A stretch of DNA of 64,000 bases from an uncultured Candidatus Saccharibacteria bacterium. Its GTDB lineage: Bacteria; Patescibacteriota; Dojkabacteria; J137. Location: the NCBI GenBank assembly GCA_965230975.1, contig OZ246402.1, positions 379,819 to 443,818 on the forward strand, in the 5' to 3' direction. The translations under genes and the position numbers were made by a program. The notes below the pieces were generated by a model. That model was not told the DNA's origin, did not search any database, and saw nothing but the letters and a program-made list of their open reading frames with translations. Each line of letters starts with the position of its first letter. The stretch's first letter is position 1. Below, piece after piece: positions 1-9,706 of this stretch.

Positions 1-108
1 GAACCTAAAAAAGTGATTTACATTAAAGATAGAATTTTAAGCTTTATTGTTTAATTAGTTTCTAGTACAAATAAACTTAAGTCCTCAGTGTAATAGCTGA
101 GGACTTTT

Positions 109-666
109 TTAAACCAGTTTGTGCCTAAAGCAGTAAACAGCATGGTCATTCACTAAACCGCATGCTTGCATATGGGCATAAATAATTGTTGAACCTACAA
201 ATTTAAAACCTCTCTTTTTCAAGTCTTTACTTAGTGCATCTGACTCTTTGGAAGTTGCGGGAATATCCTGCATAGATTTAATATTGTTTACAATTGGTTT
301 ATTACCAACAAAAGACCAAATGTATTTATCAAAACTGCCAAATTCCTTTTGGATTTGAATAAAGCATTTGGCATTGGTAATTACAGAATTTATTTTAAGC
401 TTGTTTCGAATAATCCCAGCATCGTTTAATAGTCTATCTATATCTGTTTGGTCGAAGTTTGCAATTTTATTAACATCAAAATCTGCAAAGGCCTTTTTGT
501 AGCCATCTCTTCTTTTTAAGATTGTTGCCCAGCTTAAGCCAGCTTGTGCCCCTTCTAAAACCAAAAATTCAAAATGTTTTTGATCATCGTGGACCGGGAC
601 TCCCCACTCTTTGTCGTGATAGTCTATATATTCTTGAGAGCCTAAAGACCATTCGCATCTATTCAT
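109..666 (-). CDS. tag: DNA-3-methyladenine glycosylase I (Tag)
   Basis: 185 aa. Sequence is typical of Tag (EWGVPVHDD...LVLEGAQAGLSW, C-terminal HAVYCF), a zinc-dependent 3mA glycosylase. Confidence 0.85.
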   Translation of the reverse strand: MNRCEWSLGSQEYIDYHDKEWGVPVHDDQKHFEFLVLEGAQAGLSWATILKRRDGYKKAFADFDVNKIANFDQTDIDRLLNDAGIIRNKLKINSVITNAKCFIQIQKEFGSFDKYIWSFVGNKPIVNNIKSMQDIPATSKESDALSKDLKKRGFKFVGSTIIYAHMQACGLVNDHAVYCFRHKLV

Positions 667-801
667 ATTTGTAACAAACTAAAGTAATAAACACTCTTAA
701 AATTATAATTCACAAATTTAGTATTGGTAAGGTAGATAATTTTAAACTGTAAGGATCTTGTAAGATTTGAATATTAAAATAGGAGATATAATTATTATGT
801 T

Positions 802-1050
802 TTGGCTATGTTAAAACTAAAGATGGCTATTAAAAATGGAATACAAATAAATGTTGTTTTTCAAGAAGAGCCCGCTGGAGGTTATTCTGTTTATGTCCCT
901 AGCTTGCCAGGGTGTATATCTGAAGGGGAAACTTTTGAAGAAGCTAAATCTAATATAATCGAAGCAATCTCTCTTTTTATTGAAGATTTAAGCAAAGAAG
1001 AAATTAAAGAAGTCAGCCTAATAAATAAAAGTGCGGTCTTACACAGGTAG
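802..1050 (+). CDS. HicB-like / UPF0150 family antitoxin-like protein
   Basis: 82 aa. Motif YSVYVPSLPGCISEGETFEEA is characteristic of the HicB/UPF0150 fold. No adjacent HicA-like ORF is seen. Confidence 0.5.
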   Translation: MAMLKLKMAIKNGIQINVVFQEEPAGGYSVYVPSLPGCISEGETFEEAKSNIIEAISLFIEDLSKEEIKEVSLINKSAVLHR

Positions 1051-1106
1051 AAGTCCCATTAAATGCTTAATGTATGTCATGATCTGCGATAGAGTATAAT
1101 ATCTTT

Positions 1107-1730
1107 ATGGTAATAACTTCTATAGAACAAGCCAAAAAACGAGAAGAAAGAGTTAATGTTTTTTTGGATGATAACTTTTGGGTGGGTTTAGATAAAAATC
1201 AATTAATCCAGTTTGGGCTGCATAAGGGCAAGGTTATCACAGAAGAAGATAAAAGACACATAGAAGAGGAATCGATGTTCTACAAGCTACTTGAGCGCGT
1301 TATTAACTATACTTTAATACGACCAAGATCTAAGTTTGAAATATTTCAGTATCTCACACTTAAAAAAGATGTAGATGAACTAACTGCTAATAAAGTTATT
1401 GAAAGGGTGGAGGAAAAGGGTTTTTTGTCAGATGAAAAATTTGCTGAATGGTACATACAAACTAGAACAAGTCATGGATTTCATGGTCGTAATAAAATAA
1501 GTTCAGAACTGGCTAAAAAGGGAGTAGAAAAATCAATAATTCAAAAATTCTTAAAAGAATCTGAAGAAGAAAATGACAACTCTGATAAAATAAGGCAACT
1601 TTACGAAAAGATTAAAGACAAAGTTAAGTTCACCTCTGAATTTGAAAGAAAAAATAAAATTTATCAAAGAATTATGGGTAGAGGATATACTTTTGCAGAA
1701 ATAGAAAAAGCCTTAAAAGATATAATCTAA
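1107..1730 (+). CDS. recX: RecX-family regulatory protein
   Basis: 207 aa. Repeated helical modules and overall similarity to RecX (FLDDNFW...LIRPRSKFEI...FLSDEKFAEWY). No recA in the window. Confidence 0.6.
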   Translation: MVITSIEQAKKREERVNVFLDDNFWVGLDKNQLIQFGLHKGKVITEEDKRHIEEESMFYKLLERVINYTLIRPRSKFEIFQYLTLKKDVDELTANKVIERVEEKGFLSDEKFAEWYIQTRTSHGFHGRNKISSELAKKGVEKSIIQKFLKESEEENDNSDKIRQLYEKIKDKVKFTSEFERKNKIYQRIMGRGYTFAEIEKALKDII

Positions 1731-1743
1731 TAAGGCTTTTTCT
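1706..1743. terminator. Possible bidirectional stem-loop between recX (+) and rnpB (-)
   Basis: aaaagcctta...taaggctttt inverted repeat with flanking T/A runs. It overlaps the recX stop. Confidence 0.3.
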
Positions 1744-1747
1744 TGGG

Positions 1748-2175
1748 TTATCTATTCAATAAGCCGGATTCTGTTCCTTAATATTGCTATTAAGGTGAGA
1801 ATTATTTATCTATGCCCCGTTTAAAACGAGTTGCTCCAACCAGGGGTTACAAGCATCCTGATATTGCTATCAGAACCGGTGAGCTCTTACCTCTCCATTT
1901 CAACCTTGCTCGCATCTCGACAAGTCGAAACCGTTAGCGGTGTCTTTTCTGTTGCCCTTTTCAGAAATGTGTAAATTTTGCACAAAACTGAATTCATCTC
2001 CCTAAGATCACTCCCAGCCAGTGCTTAACAAACTTGCGTTTATTAACTTCGTGGTGGCTATCACGTTGCACTTCGTAATGTATTGCAATTACAGTTTGCG
2101 TACGTGACCAAAATGGAGTCCGGACTTTCCTCTCTATAACAAAATGTTAACGAGCAATTCTCTAGAATAGATGTG
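1748..2175 (-). ncRNA. rnpB: RNase P RNA (bacterial type)
   Basis: Minus strand carries GAGGAAAGUCCGGACUCC (P4 5' strand), GGUUGAAAUGGAGAGGUAAGAGCUCACC (P10.1-P11 region) and ACAGAAUCCGGCUUAU (P4 3' strand). The P1 halves UCUAUUC/GAAUAGA are complementary at the ends. No ORF covers the region. Confidence 0.8.
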
Positions 2176-2236
2176 TAATTATAGCATATTTCGCAAATCC
2201 TATAGTACTGGTTGTGAAATTGAAATGCTAATTGGT

Positions 2237-2884
2237 CTAAGGTTTTATAAATTGTGCAAACTTAAATACAAATTCAAAAGGGTATTCAAAAGGCATTAGG
2301 CTAATATCTGCAATTAGAGACTCAATTCTTGCCTCTTCTACTTTATCTAAATCTAATATTTTTTTATTTGTGGTAAAAACTTCTTCTGCAAATGTAGAAA
2401 CCCTAAAGTAGTTATATATACAAAAAACAAATAAGAATAATTGTAAAACCAAAGATGCGATTAAGTATGTGTTTACAATTAATCCAAAAAATATAGAACC
2501 TAAAACCAAAAAGAAGATTTGAACTCCAAAAATAACATTTTGATAAATTTTATAATCTCGAATGTATCTGTTTTTATTTAAAGCTAAATAAAAATAATAC
2601 AAAAATTTGTAATTTATATATAAAGTATTCTTACTTAGATCTGACTTATTAATTAAAACCAATTGATCTTGCAAAGATGCAACATCATCTAAATTTTCAC
2701 TAACCTTTATAGTAACTTTACTAAACTTTTTTTCATTTTGACTTAACATTTTTTCGGGAGTTATTTGAGAACCTAGTGGCTTTGAATATTTCTTTTTTAA
2801 TTTATCTGTAGCGTTAAAACCTATTAATGCAAGTGAGATTTGCACTATCAAAAGTAGAATTGTAATTATAAATAGAATTATCAT
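2237..2884 (-). CDS. Hypothetical polytopic membrane protein
   Basis: 215 aa with hydrophobic N- and C-terminal segments. No recognisable motif. Confidence 0.45.
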   Translation of the reverse strand: MIILFIITILLLIVQISLALIGFNATDKLKKKYSKPLGSQITPEKMLSQNEKKFSKVTIKVSENLDDVASLQDQLVLINKSDLSKNTLYINYKFLYYFYLALNKNRYIRDYKIYQNVIFGVQIFFLVLGSIFFGLIVNTYLIASLVLQLFLFVFCIYNYFRVSTFAEEVFTTNKKILDLDKVEEARIESLIADISLMPFEYPFEFVFKFAQFIKP

Positions 2885-2944
2885 GAAGGTTTTATACTAA
2901 TTAACATGATATATCCTAATACATTTGAAAAAAGTATTAAAGCA

Positions 2945-3412
2945 TTAAATGCCGAGTAGGTTGAATTCTAAAACAGTATTTTCTAAAATTTCAGGTCTAA
3001 TTTCTTGAATTGTATTAAAATTGCTGTCTTGTATTAGTACAAGGGCCGGTGTTATTGCAACTTTATAATTGCTAGAAAAATTTCTAAAAGTTTCTATATC
3101 TGCAATATAAAATTCTATATCTGAATAAGTTTTTGCCATTGTTTTTAATTTTTCCTTCATGCTTGAGCATGCACCACACCAATTTGATGTAAATAAAATT
3201 ACACTTTTACCATCATCGCTTTTAATTAAGTCAAATGTATCTTTGTTTGAAATTTCTAAGTAGTTTGAAGGGATTTCTAGTATTTGGTTATCTGTTTGAG
3301 ATTCTACTTGTACTCTAATTATTCTAAAACCGGCTAATGCAGTTATTCCAATTGCAAAAATTATAATAAACGTAATAGTTCTTTTAATATGGTTTTTATC
3401 TTTTTTCTTCAT
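2945..3412 (-). CDS. Membrane-anchored thioredoxin-fold protein (WCGAC motif)
   Basis: 155 aa. N-terminal TM helix, then FTSNWCGACSSMKEKL, resembling the thioredoxin/TlpA CxxC active site. Confidence 0.6.
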   Translation of the reverse strand: MKKKDKNHIKRTITFIIIFAIGITALAGFRIIRVQVESQTDNQILEIPSNYLEISNKDTFDLIKSDDGKSVILFTSNWCGACSSMKEKLKTMAKTYSDIEFYIADIETFRNFSSNYKVAITPALVLIQDSNFNTIQEIRPEILENTVLEFNLLGI

Positions 3413-3478
3413 TATTTGTTTAAAATACCAAGTTTTATTTTATGCTATTTATTGAGTGATACTATCTTATCACAATTA

Positions 3479-4243
3479 TTATATGTTGCAAGCTATGTCC
3501 CTTAACTCAGATGGCATTTCGTTTACCGCTTTAGGGAAAGTTTTAACAATATCTTTAATAATCTCTTCTGTGCTAATTAATAGACCTTCTTCTTTTAGCT
3601 TTTGTAGGTAATAATCCTTGCCGTTTTCCCAAAATTCGTTTTCTATTTCAGAAAGTGGCTTTTCAACTTTCTTTCCTAATGCTTCAAAAATGTATTCTAA
3701 TTCTTGTGCTATCTTCATTTCAGAGTTATCTAATACTAGGTTGTATTTTTGAATAACGGTATTTAAATCTAGCCAGTCAAGCCCGCATAAAGCTTTGTAA
3801 TGTTGTTGTGCCTTCTTTTCTCTCTCTTCTAGTAATAAAACCTCTTCTGTCCTACCATCCACTTCCAGTCTTTTCTTTCTTGATTCTAATGATGGTGCAA
3901 GAAAGATTGAGAAGAAGTTATCATTTAATCCTAGTCTAAAAGCTGCAATATCACTTTCGACAAGATAGTTTTTTTTATTTAGAAGAATATAATCAACATA
4001 CTTATCGTATACTGGTCCCCAGTATTTATCTAAGTACTCGTCCGCTTTTACTCTTCCTGCTCCATTTAATGAATATCCTAACTTAGTACCTAAAAGCCTA
4101 TTGGTCTGACTACCTAGAAACAAATTAAACTTTAAATAGTAAGAGATTAAAAGGGCTAATGTAGTTCCTCCTGCTCCTGGCCAACTAGACACAACTATGT
4201 TCATATATGTTATATAATCAATTAGATATTTCATTATATACAA
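3479..4243 (-). CDS. Cytidylate kinase-like P-loop NTPase family protein
   Basis: 254 aa. Divergent P-loop SSWPGAGGTT and SIFLAPSLESRKKRLE, resembling the Cmk KIFLTAS..RA.RR segment. Confidence 0.4.
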   Translation of the reverse strand: MYIMKYLIDYITYMNIVVSSWPGAGGTTLALLISYYLKFNLFLGSQTNRLLGTKLGYSLNGAGRVKADEYLDKYWGPVYDKYVDYILLNKKNYLVESDIAAFRLGLNDNFFSIFLAPSLESRKKRLEVDGRTEEVLLLEEREKKAQQHYKALCGLDWLDLNTVIQKYNLVLDNSEMKIAQELEYIFEALGKKVEKPLSEIENEFWENGKDYYLQKLKEEGLLISTEEIIKDIVKTFPKAVNEMPSELRDIACNI

Positions 4244-4246
4244 GAA

Positions 4247-5182
4247 ATGGCAAAAGTGTTTAATGTTGAAGAAAAAGATGCCGGCAAGCGGGTAGATTTG
4301 TTTATGCTTGAAAAGGATTTGACTATGACCAGAACTTCTAGCAAGAAGTTGATTATGGAGGGTTTGATTAAAGTAGATGGTGTACAGGTTAAGCCTAACT
4401 ACAGGTTAAAGCCAAATGAAAAGGTTGAATACATGGCTAGTGAATCTAAAAAATTTATAGATTCAGGCGAGTTGACTGAGATTTCTGCAACTAAAATGCC
4501 TATTGATGTAATTTATGAAGATGAAAATATTATTATTGTGAATAAGCCCGCTGGTCTTGTTGTTCACCCTGTTTATAATCATAAAGATGATACTTTGCTT
4601 AATGGTTTGACTTATTATTTTCAGCAAAAAAAAGAAGAGGTTAAGGTTAGGCCTGTGCATAGGTTAGATAAAGAAACTAGTGGTGTTATTTTGTTTACTA
4701 AGAATAAAGATGTTAATGAATTTTATTCTAAGCTTTTTGAAGGGCATAATTTAGAGAAGACTTATTATGCTGTTGTTAAGGGCGATTTTGCAGATTTTAT
4801 GCAGCGGAAAAATCGCCCGGACGTTTTTGAGTATGTGACTTATATTTCTAAGGAAAAGACTGTTGATAGGGCTTATTTTAATACTTCTAAAGAATTGGGT
4901 GTTATTGCCAAGACTAAGTTTTTCTTTGCAAATTATTTTAAGCATGCTCATGATGATAGAGTTTATTCTTTAGTTAAGGTTATGCCTTTGACTGGTAGGA
5001 CTCATCAAATTAGGGTGCATTTATCTTCTTTAGGCTTTCCAATTCTTGGGGACTTGCTTTATTCAAGAAATCCATACAAGCGTATGATGCTTCATGCATA
5101 TTCGTTAAAGATACCTGTAAGGAGTACGAGTGGGGTGGAGGAGAGAGTATTTGTGGCTAAGTTGCCGAAGGAGTTTAAATAA
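4247..5182 (+). CDS. RluA-family (RluD-like) rRNA pseudouridine synthase
   Basis: 311 aa. S4-like N-terminus, HRLDKETSGVILFTKN catalytic Asp motif and RTHQIRVHL motif. Confidence 0.85.
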   Translation: MAKVFNVEEKDAGKRVDLFMLEKDLTMTRTSSKKLIMEGLIKVDGVQVKPNYRLKPNEKVEYMASESKKFIDSGELTEISATKMPIDVIYEDENIIIVNKPAGLVVHPVYNHKDDTLLNGLTYYFQQKKEEVKVRPVHRLDKETSGVILFTKNKDVNEFYSKLFEGHNLEKTYYAVVKGDFADFMQRKNRPDVFEYVTYISKEKTVDRAYFNTSKELGVIAKTKFFFANYFKHAHDDRVYSLVKVMPLTGRTHQIRVHLSSLGFPILGDLLYSRNPYKRMMLHAYSLKIPVRSTSGVEERVFVAKLPKEFK

Positions 5183-5235
5183 AATTCTGGTGGTTATTTC
5201 CTAAAGTGGTAATATGAATTTAGTTAAATCTTCCA

Positions 5236-5814
5236 ATGAAGAACTTAAGTCCTAAATCATGTATTTTGCTTTTAGGTTTATTGTTCTGTATAGCAGTCTT
5301 CTTAGGAAGTCTAAACAATAAAAATTCCTCATATATTGCTTTAGATCAAAATAGCGGACCTACAGTTTCATATCCAGTTAGAAATTGCAGTAATATGATG
5401 ATTACTAAAAGATGTGATAGTTGTAATATTGCCAAAGCAGTTTACTCAAGAGCAGATTGTTCTGAGTACACAGAATTAATTGAAGATACAAAATGTTCTG
5501 ATTTATGCCCAAAATGTATTCAAGACGAAGAAGTAAGCAGAACATGTAGTGGTTGTGATACTGCTTCTGTTACTTACAAGAATAAAGATTGTAGTGAGTC
5601 TTCTAAAACCATAAGTGATACTTCCTGTAAATCTGCATGTCCTTTGCCTGTAGTTGCTCCTAAACAAGTTACGAATGGATTTGCTTGTAACTGCAGCAAA
5701 ACTTGCGAGCAAATGACTAGTTGTACAGAAGCATATTATCAATTAAACACATGTGGCTGTTCTAAACGTGACGGAGATCATGATGGAGTTCCTTGTGAGA
5801 GTATTTGCAATTAA
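5236..5814 (+). CDS. Secreted cysteine-rich protein with C-terminal Excalibur-like Ca-binding motif
   Basis: 192 aa with an N-terminal signal peptide and about 28 Cys. C-terminal DGDHDGVPCE fits the Excalibur DxDxDGxxCE motif. Confidence 0.5.
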   Translation: MKNLSPKSCILLLGLLFCIAVFLGSLNNKNSSYIALDQNSGPTVSYPVRNCSNMMITKRCDSCNIAKAVYSRADCSEYTELIEDTKCSDLCPKCIQDEEVSRTCSGCDTASVTYKNKDCSESSKTISDTSCKSACPLPVVAPKQVTNGFACNCSKTCEQMTSCTEAYYQLNTCGCSKRDGDHDGVPCESICN

Positions 5815-5957
5815 AAAACAGATTGTCTCAGGCTTGCAGATTTCTCCGGTGGCCTCATCAAGTGTAAAAACACTTTCAATCTGTTTCGAATATTATACCA
5901 ACCTCATTTTAAGGAGTGCAATAACTTTTTTTCAAATTGTAAGATTTGTGGCAGAAT

Positions 5958-6386
5958 CTAATGCCCGGCTCTATTCAAAGCCAATTCAGACATCCTCTCG
6001 TTAATTAATTGGTTCAAAAGATCCTTATTAGAATTATTGGGGTCATCGTTCACCTTAATTCTTAAATCGATTAGAAATGCCCAAAGGGATTGAAAGAGTG
6101 TAAATGTAAAGAACTCATAACTTAACTCTATGTTTGAATTTATTCGGGCTCTTAAATTTGTAATAATTTCACCAATTTCATTTAAAATTAGTAGTTCAGC
6201 ACCAAGCCCTTCTTCTTTTCCGGTTTCTTCCCAGTATTCAAAAATACATTCGAATAATAATCCGAGATTATAAATATATTCACTATCTGTATCAGCCGAA
6301 TTAAGAATCGATTTTAATACATCGTATCTTTGATTATAAATATGGTTGGTAGGATTAGCCATGTCTAAGACAAATAGTGTGCTCAT
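5958..6386 (-). CDS. Hypothetical acidic protein
   Basis: 142 aa ORF with no motif. It does not overlap real neighbours. Confidence 0.35.
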   Translation of the reverse strand: MSTLFVLDMANPTNHIYNQRYDVLKSILNSADTDSEYIYNLGLLFECIFEYWEETGKEEGLGAELLILNEIGEIITNLRARINSNIELSYEFFTFTLFQSLWAFLIDLRIKVNDDPNNSNKDLLNQLINERMSELALNRAGH

Positions 6387-6482
6387 ATTTGAATCTTATC
6401 ACCAATATCAAAAATTTAATATATTGAAGTGAAAATCGCAGTATTGAAATAAATCAATTAGTCAACATGCTAAAATTAAGCT

Positions 6483-7841
6483 ATGACTAAAGACCAAGCA
6501 ATTAAAATTCTAGAAACCACTAAAGGTTTATCCAGGGAACTTGTACAGGCCATATCTGTTTACAAAGAAGAACCAGATTGGATGACAGAAATACGTCTCA
6601 AGGCATACGATCATTACGTAACACGAGACGTACCACACTGGGGTGCAGATTTAAGCGCATTAAAAGAAGGAGACATAAAATTTTACACAACACCAGAATC
6701 TAAAAAAGGCAGAACATGGGAAGAAGTTCCTGCAGAAATAAAAAAGACCTACGAAGACTTAAAAATCCCCGAAGCAGAAAGAAAATACTTGGCGGGAGTA
6801 GAAGCCCAGTTTGACTCTAACGTAATATACGGGCGAGTAAAAGAAATATGGGAATCTCAAGGTGTAATCTTTACAGATACTGACACAGGACTAAAAAAAT
6901 ACCCAGAAATTTTCAAAAAATATTTTGGCAAAGCAATACCACTTACAGACAATAAATACGCAGCTTTAAACACCGCATGCTGGAGTGGAGGAAGTTTTGT
7001 TTACGTACCAAAAAACGTAAAAGTTACCATACCATTACAAGCTTACTTTTATATTCAAACTAAAAACCTTGGCCAATTTGAAAGAACCTTAATAATTGCA
7101 GATGAAGGATCTGAAGTACTTTACGTAGAAGGCTGCAGTGCGCCAAACTATTCCACAGATGTATTGCATTCTGGGGTAATAGAATTAATAGCTTTAAAAG
7201 GTTCTCGTATCAGATACACAACAATCCAAAACTGGTCTAAAAATGTTTACAATCTTGTTACGCAAAGAGGGTTGGCCTACGAAGATGCAAAAATCGAGTG
7301 GGTAGATTGCAATTTAGGTTCTCACGTCACAATGAAGTACCCAAGCGTTGTTATGGTTGGAGATAATTCAAAAGGTGAGATACTTTCAATAGCATTAGCA
7401 GATGGTAAACAGCACTTAGATAGTGGTGCGAAATTGATACATATTGGAAAGAATACAAGTGGTGTGATCACAACAAAATCAATTTGCAAAAATGGCGGAA
7501 GAACAAGTTATAGAGGTTTAGTAAAAGTAACAAAAGGTGCTAAGAATGCAAAAGTTAAGGTAGTATGTGACGCGTTAATATTAGATAATGATTCACAAAC
7601 TGATACGTATCCATACAACGAAATTTACGAAAAAATGGCTAAAATAGAACATGAAGCCAGTGTAAGTCGAGTATCAGAATCTCAGCTTTACTATTTAATG
7701 AGCCGTGGAATTTCTGAAGAGGAAGCAGGTGGTTTGATAGTCTCCGGGTTTGTAGAACCAATAGCAAAAGAATTACCCATGGAATATGCAATGGAGATGA
7801 ATGATTTGATTAAAATGAGCATGAAGGGGAGTGTAGGGTAA
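6483..7841 (+). CDS. sufB: Fe-S cluster assembly protein SufB
   Basis: 452 aa. Hallmark SufB blocks: YVEGCSAPNYS, GKNTSG...GGRTSYRGLV, VVCDALILDNDSQTDTYPY, SRGISEEEA. Confidence 0.9.
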   Translation: MTKDQAIKILETTKGLSRELVQAISVYKEEPDWMTEIRLKAYDHYVTRDVPHWGADLSALKEGDIKFYTTPESKKGRTWEEVPAEIKKTYEDLKIPEAERKYLAGVEAQFDSNVIYGRVKEIWESQGVIFTDTDTGLKKYPEIFKKYFGKAIPLTDNKYAALNTACWSGGSFVYVPKNVKVTIPLQAYFYIQTKNLGQFERTLIIADEGSEVLYVEGCSAPNYSTDVLHSGVIELIALKGSRIRYTTIQNWSKNVYNLVTQRGLAYEDAKIEWVDCNLGSHVTMKYPSVVMVGDNSKGEILSIALADGKQHLDSGAKLIHIGKNTSGVITTKSICKNGGRTSYRGLVKVTKGAKNAKVKVVCDALILDNDSQTDTYPYNEIYEKMAKIEHEASVSRVSESQLYYLMSRGISEEEAGGLIVSGFVEPIAKELPMEYAMEMNDLIKMSMKGSVG

Positions 7842-7886
7842 CTTAAATCTATAGAATCTCCAATTATTGCACTATAGAGCAAGTCG

Positions 7887-8408
7887 ATGCTAAAATATGG
7901 CAACAATTATCCGAATGTAATGACTCTTGGAGACGGAATTAGAGAAAATTCATATTATCTAAAATCTATATTTTACGGAAGATCAAGTTTACCTAAGCCA
8001 ATAGCTGATAATCTTGATGGTTTTGTAAATGATTTTCGTAATACAATAATATCCAGTTCTCCACATTTAATGCATAGATTTTTGCAGTTATTGGCCACAC
8101 GTCAATCAAAAGAACTTATGAACTTTTATGTGCTATGTGTTGCAATTGGCTTTGAAATTTATACTCTAATTTACGATAAAATTATTAATGAGGTAGATTT
8201 AGAAGCTGATCTTTATCCAAAGCTAAAAGAGGTACTATACTCTGAATTTCTAATAATTAATATGTCTAGTTATAACCAGGTTGGTCCAGAGGAATATTTA
8301 AAAATGAAAGAAAATTTGATGAGTTTTGTTAAGATGGGGGTAGATATAGGACGTACTAGATATGAGCCATTTTTCCCAGAAGATCCTCTATTATACATAG
8401 AAAACTAA
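7887..8408 (+). CDS. Hypothetical protein
   Basis: 173 aa ORF with no recognisable motif. Confidence 0.35.
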   Translation: MLKYGNNYPNVMTLGDGIRENSYYLKSIFYGRSSLPKPIADNLDGFVNDFRNTIISSSPHLMHRFLQLLATRQSKELMNFYVLCVAIGFEIYTLIYDKIINEVDLEADLYPKLKEVLYSEFLIINMSSYNQVGPEEYLKMKENLMSFVKMGVDIGRTRYEPFFPEDPLLYIEN

Positions 8409-9208
8409 CTCACTCGTCTTAATACTTCTCCAAATTTAGCAACATAAAGTACAATTGAATACTTTCCCATTATTTCTCCGGCAATTTTTTCTAAGTTTTC
8501 GGGATTTTCAAACTCAGCTTGTGTTATTAAAGCTAAATCACTATCACTTGGGATTTTTGAGTTTGTTGTTTTGCAAGCAATCCAAAGCTTATTTGTTACT
8601 AATCCAGTTAAAAACAAATTAGAATTAAAGAAAGATTGCATATCTTGCAAAGAAAAGAATGTATAAATATTCTTATTAAATTTTGGATATTGAGTAACGG
8701 GGTGTGTGTGAAAATTTGCAATAAATATTGGTTTATAAAGCCCACTTTGAATAAGCTCATTTCTTTTTTTTAAAGAGTCAGAGTTTGGCCATATAACTTT
8801 ATCTACTTTAAAGTCATCTAGTAGCAAATTATCTACGCATTCCTGGGATTCAAAATTAAAGTCACTTTCTACTTTTAATGAGTGACTGCTACGAACCTCA
8901 GTATAGCTTTTAGAGTTCTTAAATTTGCTATAGTAAAATTTATTATGAAAGTAAGCCATTATAAACGAATATTCCCACCCCGTAGATCCATTATATTCTT
9001 TATCTTTTTGAAAACTATTTAAAGATGCATCTGTAAACCTTCTTATAGATTTAATATTATCCCAAAATATATTTGAACTACTAAAGAATCCGGAGGTTTT
9101 TTCTGAAGGAGCATGTATAAAAGCTGGCCAGTCTGAAGTTTCAAACAATTTAGTTGAATCAAGAATTTTATTTGCAATATTTATTAAATTTACACTTTCT
9201 TGTGGCAT
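8405..9208 (-). CDS. Hypothetical protein with possible JAB/MPN-like HxH...S..D motif
   Basis: 267 aa. FHTHPVTQ...SLQD loosely fits the JAMM motif with a longer spacer. Tentative. Confidence 0.35.
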   Translation of the reverse strand: MPQESVNLINIANKILDSTKLFETSDWPAFIHAPSEKTSGFFSSSNIFWDNIKSIRRFTDASLNSFQKDKEYNGSTGWEYSFIMAYFHNKFYYSKFKNSKSYTEVRSSHSLKVESDFNFESQECVDNLLLDDFKVDKVIWPNSDSLKKRNELIQSGLYKPIFIANFHTHPVTQYPKFNKNIYTFFSLQDMQSFFNSNLFLTGLVTNKLWIACKTTNSKIPSDSDLALITQAEFENPENLEKIAGEIMGKYSIVLYVAKFGEVLRRVS

Positions 9209-9316
9209 AAATTAAGTATAGCTATTCTTTAAGTAGAATAGAATAGTTATTGAAATTTGTAGACGTTTTAATAGCAAGTTGTTAATATAACAGTATTAGA
9301 TTTTAGTAAAATCTTT

Positions 9317-9706
9317 ATGAAATCTCCTTCTGTAGAGCAAATTCGAAATACCTTATTAGCTGTCTGTGTGGCTGTTTCTGCAAGTTTACTTGGATATTTA
9401 CAAAGAGAACCAAGTGCCTCTGAAATTCGTTCTGAAGAAGATTTGTCTAATGAAATTAAGGGCCGATGTGAATCAGATAATATAAATTTAGCAAGTTACC
9501 AAGAAACACTAGATTTCATTAATAAAATAGAAGGTGATTTAAATGCTACCCAACAACTTGTAGTTATAAACGATTCAAGTTTGACTGGGGTAGAGGGGGA
9601 GTATGTTATTGTATTAATAGATACCAATAAAGATTTAAGTGTTTTACCACTAGCAGATTTTAATAATCTACCACCAAATACAACTTCATTTTGCATTGAA
9701 GGCTAA
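9317..9706 (+). CDS. Hypothetical secreted protein
   Basis: 129 aa with a hydrophobic signal-like N-terminus. Confidence 0.35.
   Translation: MKSPSVEQIRNTLLAVCVAVSASLLGYLQREPSASEIRSEEDLSNEIKGRCESDNINLASYQETLDFINKIEGDLNATQQLVVINDSSLTGVEGEYVIVLIDTNKDLSVLPLADFNNLPPNTTSFCIEG

Noticed and set aside
4463-4951. Small minus-strand ORFs (65-66 aa) inside the RluA-family pseudouridine synthase gene
   Set aside because: Fully embedded antisense to a well-supported CDS. Low-complexity translations typical of AT-rich spurious ORFs.
5753-6004. 83-aa plus-strand ORF overlapping the end of the Cys-rich gene
   Set aside because: Overlaps two better-supported ORFs. Hydrophobic, low-complexity product.
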